Assembly: GCA_964194565.1 (NCBI GenBank)
Contig: CAXMMZ010000099.1
Coordinates: 1-56,058 of the forward strand
From: Arenicellales bacterium
GTDB lineage: Bacteria; Pseudomonadota; Gammaproteobacteria; Arenicellales; JAOTWM01
Length of the DNA: 56,058 nucleotides
Reading direction: 5' to 3'
Position numbers and translations under genes: made by a program
Part shown: piece by piece, positions 8,886 to 15,510 of the stretch
Position numbering within the stretch: position 1 is the first letter of the stretch
How the letters are laid out: each line of letters starts with the position of its first letter
The notes under the pieces: model-generated
Told to the model about the DNA's origin: nothing
The model's database searches: none
What the model saw: only the letters and a program-made list of their open reading frames with translations

Positions 8886-9596
8886 ATGTCTACAAAGCAT
8901 TCCGACGTATCCATTCAGGCGCTTCGCCAGATCGAGGTTTTTCGATCGATTGATAATGACACGCTACGCTCGTGGCGGGGTGAATTCCAATGGCACCGCT
9001 ATCGGGCCAAACAGCAAATTGTCTCTCAAAACGAGCCATCGAACGATGTGTATTTTGTCTGTAGCGGCTTGGTGCGGGCGACGATCTTCGCAGCTAACGG
9101 TAAGGAAGTGACATTTCAGGATTTGGGCCCGGGCGAAATTTTCGGTGAACTCGCGGCAATCGATAGCAAACCGCGTACGACCCATGTGGTCGCGTTAGCC
9201 GATTCGCTGGTGGCGACAATGACGGCGAGGCACTTTTTGCAGTTGTTGCGAGATCGTCCCGATGTTGCGATGGCAACGCTACGGCGATTGAGCGGGTTGG
9301 TCCGGCGTTTGTGTGACCGCGTCGTCGAGTTTAGTACGCTCGGCGTAAAGAACCGTATACAGGCGGAACTTCTGCGGTTGGCGCGCGCCTATGGCGTGCA
9401 GGAAAATCGAGCGCTGATCGAACGGTTGCCTACGCATTCGGAAATCGCGAATCGGGTCAGTACGCATCGAGAAGCTGTTACTAGGGAGTTGAATCGCCTG
9501 ATTAAAAGCGGGTTATTGCGGCGTGAGGGTAAGAGCTTGGTGGTGACCGACGTTGCGCGTCTCCAACGCATGGTTGACGACGTACAGGATCAATGA
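8886..9596 (+). CDS. Crp/Fnr-family cyclic-nucleotide-binding transcriptional regulator
   Basis: cNMP-binding fold with FGELAAID...RTT (the Glu and Arg-Thr of the phosphate-binding cassette). C-terminal HTH with THREAVTRELNRL (an R-E-x-x-x-R recognition helix as in CRP). SD AAGGGGGA lies upstream. Confidence 0.9.
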   Translation: MSTKHSDVSIQALRQIEVFRSIDNDTLRSWRGEFQWHRYRAKQQIVSQNEPSNDVYFVCSGLVRATIFAANGKEVTFQDLGPGEIFGELAAIDSKPRTTHVVALADSLVATMTARHFLQLLRDRPDVAMATLRRLSGLVRRLCDRVVEFSTLGVKNRIQAELLRLARAYGVQENRALIERLPTHSEIANRVSTHREAVTRELNRLIKSGLLRREGKSLVVTDVARLQRMVDDVQDQ

Positions 9597-9624
9597 CGTC
9601 GGCATTGCGCAATGTAAATTTTGT

Positions 9625-9640
9625 TGTGAGAAAAATCACA
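9625..9640. promoter_or_regulatory. Perfect CRP-consensus palindrome TGTGAGAAAAATCACA
   Basis: Exact TGTGA-N6-TCACA located 29 nt after the Crp-family stop codon. GACAAT (9661-9666) sits where a -10 hexamer would be for a site centred at -41.5. Confidence 0.5.
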
Positions 9641-9673
9641 GCCAATTTTGAGTCAATGTGGACAATGCGAGTG

Positions 9674-9895
9674 GCACCTGGATGTGCGATTTGGACAGGG
9701 AAGTCCCACCCCAGCCGGATGGAGGAAGATTTTCTGGTGGCCGACGGACGCACGGCCGCAACCTCAAACCGGTTGGACGCCCGCGCACAGGGAGGTGCCG
9801 GCGACAACCGCTTGATGACAAGCGGTTCGTGCCACCCAAGAGAGGGTTCGCCCTCTCGGCCGGAGCCGCTCATGGAAGAGCGGCTCCGTTTTTTT
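9674..9895 (+). ncRNA. Candidate structured RNA of about 220 nt (sRNA, 3'UTR of the crp-like gene, or cis-regulatory leader of nudix-moaA)
   Basis: Long-range helix GGCACCT (9673-9679) / AGGTGCC (9793-9799). Hairpins at 9739-9757, 9806-9827 and 9840-9857 (UUCG loop), then a terminator. Overlapping ORFs are Arg/Gly/Pro-rich and use rare codons. The 5' end is inferred only. Confidence 0.3.
9861..9895 (+). terminator. Rho-independent terminator
   Basis: 11-bp GC-rich stem CGGAGCCGCTC / GAGCGGCTCCG, loop ATGGAA, followed by TTTTTTT. Confidence 0.8.
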
Positions 9896-9938
9896 GGTGC
9901 GTCAGAATGACTGCTGCGTCGTGGCGCATCGTCCGCCG

Positions 9939-10574
9939 ATGATTGACTTAGACACGATTCGGCGCCGCTTCAGGGCGCACCGGCCGCAGTTGCTCGACAT
10001 TACTAATCGCAAGCAAGCATCGGTCGCGCTCGTGTTGCGCAAACATCGCGGTGTTCTCGAAATGTTGTTTATAGAGCGTGCGCAACGCGGCGGGGATCCG
10101 TGGTCAGGACAGATGGCGTTTCCCGGTGGGCGGTGTGAGGCTCATGATCCCGATATTCGGGCTGCCGCCGAACGCGAAACACTCGAGGAATTGAACCTGG
10201 CCCTCGCCGATGCGGGCGTGCTGGGTCGGATTGACGATCTGCAAGGGCAATCCGCCGGCAAACCGCTTGGGCTCGTCATAGCCTGCCATGCTTATTTTGT
10301 GGGCCATCCGGTCACTTTGAGCCCGAATTACGAAGTGCACGATTATTTGTGGGCGCCATTGCCGGTGCTACTAAATCCCGCCAACCGTGTTATCTATCAT
10401 TCCCCGAGTCACGGCCATAAACCGTACCCTGGCATTCGTGTCTCGGAAGCACCCCAACAAGTGGTCTGGGGATTAACATACCGCTTCGTCGAAGCATTCT
10501 TTCGTGCCGTCGGAGCACCCGTGGGGGTCGCGGAAATTGGCGCTGGCGACTGGAATCGGGATTCCCTAGAATAG
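9939..10574 (+). CDS. NUDIX hydrolase, CoA pyrophosphatase-like
   Basis: Nudix box GQMAFPGGRCEAHDPDIRAAAERETLEELNL. The TTG start at 9894 given by the ORF track lies inside the terminator T-tract, so the ATG at 9939 is preferred. The start is uncertain. Confidence 0.75.
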   Translation: MIDLDTIRRRFRAHRPQLLDITNRKQASVALVLRKHRGVLEMLFIERAQRGGDPWSGQMAFPGGRCEAHDPDIRAAAERETLEELNLALADAGVLGRIDDLQGQSAGKPLGLVIACHAYFVGHPVTLSPNYEVHDYLWAPLPVLLNPANRVIYHSPSHGHKPYPGIRVSEAPQQVVWGLTYRFVEAFFRAVGAPVGVAEIGAGDWNRDSLE

Positions 10575-10605
10575 AGCGCTTAGGTTTCCGCTATGGACAC
10601 AGGAA

Positions 10606-11631
10606 TTGGTCGGACCCATTAAAACCACCGTCGATCGGCGTGGCCGCGCGATTCGAGATCTGCGCATCTCGGTCACCGATCGTTGCAACTTCCGCTGCGT
10701 GTACTGTATGCCCAAGGAATTGTTCGGGTCGGATCATGCTTTTCTCGATCGAAAACAACTGCTGAGTTTTGAGGAGATCGAGCGAGTGGCGCGTGCGTTC
10801 GTGGCGAATGGCGTAAAAAAACTGCGAATTACCGGCGGTGAGCCGTTGGTGCGACGAGAGATCGAAAAACTCATTGCTCAACTCGCTGCGATCGACGGGG
10901 TGGACGACTTGAGTCTGACCACCAACGGATCGCTACTGACAATTGACCGCGCGCACGCGTTACGGGACGCGGGCCTTGGGCGCGTTACCATCAGCCTCGA
11001 CGCACTGGACAACGATTTATTTTCGGCAATTAACGACGTGAAATTTCCGGTCAACCGCGTGCTAGACGCAGTAGACAACGCACGCAGCGCGGGCCTTGAT
11101 CCCGTGAAGGTGAACATGGTCGTGGTGCGGGGGTCCAACGATGGTGAAGTTCTGCCGATGGCGGCGCATTTCCGGGGCAGTGGCGTAATCTTGCGGTTTA
11201 TCGAGTATATGGACGTGGGCACCAGCAACGGCTGGAATTTGGAACAGGTCGTGTCAGTGGCGGAGATCGCCGATGTCATTAATGCAGAGTTTCCGATCGT
11301 ACCGGTCGCCCCCGGATACCGGGGCGAAGTGGCCAAGCGTTGGCGATACAGCGATGGCGCGGGCGAAATCGGCATCATTTCTTCGGTGACCCAGCCGTTT
11401 TGTGGTACTTGTACCCGCGCCCGAATTTCAGCGGATGGGCAGGTATATACGTGCTTATTCGCAACCCAAGGGCGTGATGTGCGCGAGCTGGTGCGCAGCG
11501 GCATGGACGACCGGGAACTCGCGCAGGCCGTCGCGCAAATCTGGCGGCAGCGCGACGATCGTTATTCCGAAATTCGTTCGGATGTCACTCGCGAGCTACC
11601 GAAAATAGAAATGTCGTACATCGGCGGTTAG
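10606..11631 (+). CDS. moaA: GTP 3',8-cyclase MoaA (radical SAM)
   Basis: CNFRCVYCMP cluster, second cluster CGTCTRARISADG, and the canonical C-terminal SYIGG. TTG start. Confidence 0.95.
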   Translation: MVGPIKTTVDRRGRAIRDLRISVTDRCNFRCVYCMPKELFGSDHAFLDRKQLLSFEEIERVARAFVANGVKKLRITGGEPLVRREIEKLIAQLAAIDGVDDLSLTTNGSLLTIDRAHALRDAGLGRVTISLDALDNDLFSAINDVKFPVNRVLDAVDNARSAGLDPVKVNMVVVRGSNDGEVLPMAAHFRGSGVILRFIEYMDVGTSNGWNLEQVVSVAEIADVINAEFPIVPVAPGYRGEVAKRWRYSDGAGEIGIISSVTQPFCGTCTRARISADGQVYTCLFATQGRDVRELVRSGMDDRELAQAVAQIWRQRDDRYSEIRSDVTRELPKIEMSYIGG

Positions 11632-11744
11632 CCCGAACAGGACAAACGGTGTGGAGGCTCCGGACCCTAAAACACAGCGTAACCGGTTCAAATATTCTAA
11701 CGATTCCTGGTTCGTGGTCCGCCTTCGTGAAATATCCCAGCTAA
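11629..11744. mobile_element. Internally deleted copy of the MITE-like family between convergent moaA and moaB
   Basis: TAGCCC joined directly to GAACAGGACAAAC...TTCAAATATT...CCGCCTTCGTGAAATATCCCAGCTA. Aligns with the right half of copies at 20754 and 29851. Confidence 0.65.
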
Positions 11745-12289
11745 TTTTGTCGGTGCTCTAATAGCCGTGGCATCAGCTCCACGAGATTACACGGTCGGGT
11801 GCGGTAATCGAGTTGGTGCTGAATGAGTTTATCCCAAGCCGTTGCGCAGGCGCTGCTGGAGCCCGGTAAACAGAATACGTAGGTCGCATTGGCGACGCCG
11901 CACAGTGCTCGAGACTGCAATGTCGAGGTGCCGATATCGTCGTAGGACAGAACCCGAAACATCTCCCCGAAGCCGTCGATCTGTTTGTCGAGCAGCGGCA
12001 CGACCGCTTCCGGGGTGCCGTCGCGGCCGGTAATTCCGGTACCACCGGTGGTGATGACGACCTGCACGGCCGGATCGGCAATCCATGTTGAAACCGCCGC
12101 ACGAATTGCGTAGATATCGTCCCGCACGATGCGTTTTTCCAGCGCATGGTGCCCAGCGCTTTGCACCCGGTTTACCAGTAAGGCACCCGATTTGTCGTCG
12201 CTATCGGTGCGCGAATCGGAGATCGTTAATACCGTGATCGTGACCGGAATCAACTCGCGTCTTGGCGCGCTCTTGGCATTGGGAGACAT
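11741..12289 (-). CDS. moaB: Molybdenum cofactor biosynthesis protein B
   Basis: MoaB/Mog fold motifs TISDSR, VVITTGGTGITGRD and LPGSSSA. Confidence 0.9.
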   Translation of the reverse strand: MSPNAKSAPRRELIPVTITVLTISDSRTDSDDKSGALLVNRVQSAGHHALEKRIVRDDIYAIRAAVSTWIADPAVQVVITTGGTGITGRDGTPEAVVPLLDKQIDGFGEMFRVLSYDDIGTSTLQSRALCGVANATYVFCLPGSSSACATAWDKLIQHQLDYRTRPCNLVELMPRLLEHRQN

Positions 12290-12395
12290 AGGTATATTCC
12301 TGGTTCGTTGAAACTGATGTCGAGGGTGGGCCGCGCTGTCCGCGCGATGTCAAACCCCGTACGGAAACCCGCAAAGATAATGGTAAAATACCAGA

Positions 12396-12629
12396 ATGGC
12401 CGTGACGATACGATTTTTTGCGAGTCTCAAAGAACGGCTAGGCGTCGAGCACCGCGAGATTGACGCGGCGGCCGTGAACACTGTCTCGGACGCGTGGCGG
12501 GCGGTCGTAGCGGATGAGGAACTTCCTGACAACGTGTTGATAGCGTTGAACCTCGAATACGTTGCGGCGGATCGGGTAGTTAAAGATGGCGATGAGGTGG
12601 CGTTTTTTCCACCGGTCACTGGGGGTTAA
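12396..12629 (+). CDS. moaD: Molybdopterin synthase sulfur-carrier subunit MoaD
   Basis: 77 aa with ubiquitin-like fold signature, ending in FFPPVTGG. Confidence 0.9.
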   Translation: MAVTIRFFASLKERLGVEHREIDAAAVNTVSDAWRAVVADEELPDNVLIALNLEYVAADRVVKDGDEVAFFPPVTGG

Positions 12630-12631
12630 TC

Positions 12632-13069
12632 GTGCATGTTCGAATCGTCGAGGGGCGGTTTGATCCGTGGGCGATGCTCGCCGAACATGAGAGCACGCAC
12701 TCCACGGTCAGCGGTAATTTCGGTGCTACTGCCACATTCGTCGGTACGATGCGGGATTTTAGCGATGGGGTTACGGTCAGTAGCATGACCCTCGAGTATT
12801 ATCCCGGGATGACGGAAAAGCATTTACAGGAAATCGGTGCGGCAACGGCGCAAGCGCACGATCTGGCCGATTGGCTAATCGTGCACCGGGTTGGAACGAT
12901 GCAACCGGGCGACCCCATCGTGCTGGTAGCGGTTTGGTCGGCGCATCGTGCCGCGGCGTTCACCGCGTGCCGTGAGATCATGGAGGATTTGAAAGCGCGC
13001 GCGCCTTTTTGGAAGAAAGAGCAGCTAGCGGATCGCGACCGCTGGGTTGAGCACAATACACCGGGCTAA
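12632..13069 (+). CDS. moaE: Molybdopterin synthase catalytic subunit MoaE
   Basis: GATATFVGTMRD, HRVG and PFWKKE motifs. Starts 3 nt after moaD. Confidence 0.9.
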   Translation: MHVRIVEGRFDPWAMLAEHESTHSTVSGNFGATATFVGTMRDFSDGVTVSSMTLEYYPGMTEKHLQEIGAATAQAHDLADWLIVHRVGTMQPGDPIVLVAVWSAHRAAAFTACREIMEDLKARAPFWKKEQLADRDRWVEHNTPG

Positions 13070-13131
13070 GTGCATCGAGCACAGATACCGACGGTGAGTT
13101 CTAGGCTAATTGTTACGAGGGGTACAGATCA

Positions 13132-13443
13132 ATGGATAAGCAACAACAGACAGAAATCGAAGCGGCGGTGTTCCAGCGTCTTGTGGAGCATTTTCGTACT
13201 CATACCGATGTACAAAATATCGATCTCATGGTCTTGGCCAGTTTTTGCCGCAACTGCCTGTCCAAGTGGTATCGCGCCGCAGCGGAAGAACGGGGCATTG
13301 AGATGAGCTATGATGCTGCGCGTCAGATTATCTATGGTATGCCCTATTCGCAATGGAAAGATAAATACCAAATCGAAGCCAATGGGGAGACGATGGTAGC
13401 CTATAAAGAGAAACATGACGCCATGGAGGCGGCGGGGAAATAA
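13132..13443 (+). CDS. DUF1244 family protein
   Basis: FCRNCLSKWY motif and the size are typical of DUF1244. Confidence 0.75.
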   Translation: MDKQQQTEIEAAVFQRLVEHFRTHTDVQNIDLMVLASFCRNCLSKWYRAAAEERGIEMSYDAARQIIYGMPYSQWKDKYQIEANGETMVAYKEKHDAMEAAGK

Positions 13444-13489
13444 TGTCGCGGACGAGTCCGCACTGAAAAGACGATTAGGGGTTCAGCCA

Positions 13490-13957
13490 ATGATAAAAGG
13501 CCTGCATCACAATGCTTATCGATGTCGCGATTCTGAGCAGACTCGGCAATTCTATGAAGGGTTTTTGGGGCTGCCGTTGGCCGACGCTTTCGAAATTGCA
13601 ACCACCAAGACCGGCCGTACGACAAAGGCGCTGCATTCCTTCTACCGAATGGACGACGGTTCGTTTCTGGCATTTTTCGAAGCACCAGATATGCCGTTTG
13701 AATTTAAGAAGCAGCATGATTACGACTTACATATTGCTCTGGAAGTCGATAATGATGTGCTGCTGGAAATGTTTGAAAAGGGTAAAAAGCACGGAATGGC
13801 GCCGCGCGGAATTTCCGATCACGGCTTCATCCACTCGATCTATTTCCGCGACCCGAATGGTTATGTAATCGAGCTTACCGCTAAGCAGCCCATCGAGGAA
13901 GCTGATACCGAAGAACGGGCACGAGCTGCGCTTGATAGGTGGCAGGCGGCAAAGTAA
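13490..13957 (+). CDS. VOC (glyoxalase/bleomycin-resistance/extradiol dioxygenase) family protein
   Basis: MIKGLHHNAYRCRD...FYEGFLGLPL...HIALEV...IYFRDPNGYVIEL. The internal ATG at 13490 avoids overlap with DUF1244. Confidence 0.8.
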   Translation: MIKGLHHNAYRCRDSEQTRQFYEGFLGLPLADAFEIATTKTGRTTKALHSFYRMDDGSFLAFFEAPDMPFEFKKQHDYDLHIALEVDNDVLLEMFEKGKKHGMAPRGISDHGFIHSIYFRDPNGYVIELTAKQPIEEADTEERARAALDRWQAAK

Positions 13958-14025
13958 AACGATTCGAGGACGGTACGGCGGTGCGAGCCAATACGTCACC
14001 AAACATATTTCCACTGGAGTGAACC

Positions 14026-14397
14026 GTGCGGCCATTTCATGCAACCGATCCACAAAGCAGCCTCATCGACTTACCCCCTATTCGCGAAACTCCCGGCTAT
14101 CGTGTCATCAATGGGAATCCGTGTGCGTCGGTACGATTCGACGTTGGCGCCGCAGACTCGGCGATCCGCGTGGGAGTGTGGATGTGTACCCCGGGCACGT
14201 TCGAGTGTGTGGAGTCGGGCGATGAATTACAATCCGTCATCGAAGGCAGGCTGCGGGTAATCCAAGCCGACGGCGCCGTAAACGAATTCACATCGGGAGA
14301 TAGTTTTTACACCGAAAAAGGCGAGCATTTGGTGTGGGAAGTCGTGGAAACCGTAAAGAAGATTTTCTTTACATACAATAAGGACGGCGTTACGTAG
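14026..14397 (+). CDS. Small cupin-domain protein (DUF861/EutQ-like)
   Basis: GVWMCTPGTFE...ELQSVIEGRLRV...GDSFYTEKGEHLVWEV pattern. GTG start. Confidence 0.7.
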   Translation: MRPFHATDPQSSLIDLPPIRETPGYRVINGNPCASVRFDVGAADSAIRVGVWMCTPGTFECVESGDELQSVIEGRLRVIQADGAVNEFTSGDSFYTEKGEHLVWEVVETVKKIFFTYNKDGVT

Positions 14398-14433
14398 AAT
14401 GTCTTTAATGCGTAATAAACTACGTCGATGTTG

Positions 14434-15075
14434 TTACACAAATACAATCCATGGTAGCAGGGTTTGACTTAATCTGAATATCTGTTGAAAAATAGGAATC
14501 CCCATTATGCTAAGGAGCAGCAGGCTCAGAAGTACGTAGTTTCCATACCTACCGTTGTAATATCGATACGTCTGCGACAGATTTCGAGGCAGGAAATAAG
14601 GAAGTATGTAGTGGCCGTCAAGCGCTCCGATTGGGATTAGATTAAAAACCATCAACAAAAGATTAATCTGTGCGAGATACACAAAGAAAATCTTGGTACC
14701 GGGTTCGGAGAATAAGGGCCAGTGTAGGTCGTAGCCCAAAACGAAAATATTGATGGCGACAATAGCGACCAATAGATTCATCCCCGGACCCGCCGCCGAT
14801 ACCCACAGGTCAGCCCAGCGTGAAGTGAAATTACGCGGATTTGTGGGCACGGGTTTGGCATAACCGAACCCGGCAAACACCACTAAAAGTAAGCCCATCG
14901 GGTCAATATGAGCAATCGGGTTGATGGTTAAGCGGCCAGCGCGCTCGGCGGTGTTGTCGCCGAACAGCTTAGCGGTATAAGCGTGACCGAATTCGTGAAA
15001 CGATAGAGAAATAATCAAGGCGATCAATATCAATACAAATACGAGTGTTTGGCCTTGATACAATAGACTGATCAT
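14434..15075 (-). CDS. Site-2 protease family (M50) membrane metalloprotease
   Basis: HEFGHAYTA zinc motif and multiple TM segments. Markedly lower G+C than neighbours (37-47% in hand-counted 60-nt lines). Confidence 0.85.
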   Translation of the reverse strand: MISLLYQGQTLVFVLILIALIISLSFHEFGHAYTAKLFGDNTAERAGRLTINPIAHIDPMGLLLVVFAGFGYAKPVPTNPRNFTSRWADLWVSAAGPGMNLLVAIVAINIFVLGYDLHWPLFSEPGTKIFFVYLAQINLLLMVFNLIPIGALDGHYILPYFLPRNLSQTYRYYNGRYGNYVLLSLLLLSIMGIPIFQQIFRLSQTLLPWIVFV

Positions 15076-15198
15076 AAAATTAGCCGTACTTCTCTGAACT
15101 CACGCGTGGGTCGATGGTCAATTTTACGTCCTTCGCCACGATGCGATAGTAGCGTATTAATCGGTGGGACGGATTGTGGGCTAGCAGCCGCGTCAATG

Positions 15199-15449
15199 CT
15201 AGCCCGGATACTTCACGAAGGCGAACGATATATCAGGAATCTTTCCAAGATTTGAATCGGTTACCTAGTGGTTTTGGTTACAGGGTCTGCGCACACTTTG
15301 TCCTATTCGGATTCAGAAAAAATCGGGCGTCGTATTCGTCACGACCCCCCTTGATCCATAGCTACGGCCATGAATCGGCGGACGATCGTACCGACTCCTT
15401 AGCCCGATTTCCCCTGACGTCCGAACCCTTCGTGAACTATCCGGGCTAG
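15199..15449. mobile_element. Full-length (251 bp) copy of the MITE-like family
   Basis: TA-flanked inverted termini cTAGCCCGGATACTTCACGAAGG ... CCTTCGTGAACTATCCGGGCTAg. No credible ORF. Homologous to copies at 20754 and 29851 in the opposite orientation. Confidence 0.8.
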
Positions 15450-15510
15450 TGTATCTCTTTGAATAGCTAAACTGAAAATCCGGTCGGTATTTCCGATTGC
15501 CTTGCGGGAA

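Noticed and set aside
8267-8914. 215-aa minus-strand ORF covering the cyclase/crp intergenic region
   Set aside because: Its sequence is a read-through of the tandem and inverted repeats (YIPVGN/LSLITYIPVGN duplicated). It overlaps the crp-like start codon and the short MITE copy, and has no recognisable motifs. It is treated as non-coding.
9660-9895. Moco riboswitch call
   Set aside because: The position upstream of nudix-moaA and the presence of a terminator are suggestive. I could not recognise the conserved Moco-motif core from memory. It is left as a hypothesis for cmscan, not annotated.
9593-9942. 105-aa and 94-aa plus-strand ORFs downstream of the crp-like gene (the first starts with an ATGA overlap of the crp stop)
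   Set aside because: They are Arg/Gly/Pro-rich with low complexity and have AT-ending rare codons at the 5' end. They run straight through three stable hairpins and the intrinsic terminator. The ATGA overlap means coding cannot be fully excluded without conservation data.
10878-11504. 208-aa ORF antisense to moaA
   Set aside because: It is a shadow ORF within a clearly coding moaA and has no motifs.
12810-12822. TATTATCCCGGGATG, and similar CCCGGAT strings inside CDSs (for example about 17117 and about 37545), as extra MITE ends
   Set aside because: The matches are limited to 7-9 nt within well-supported coding frames (moaE YYPGM and others). They are coincidental.
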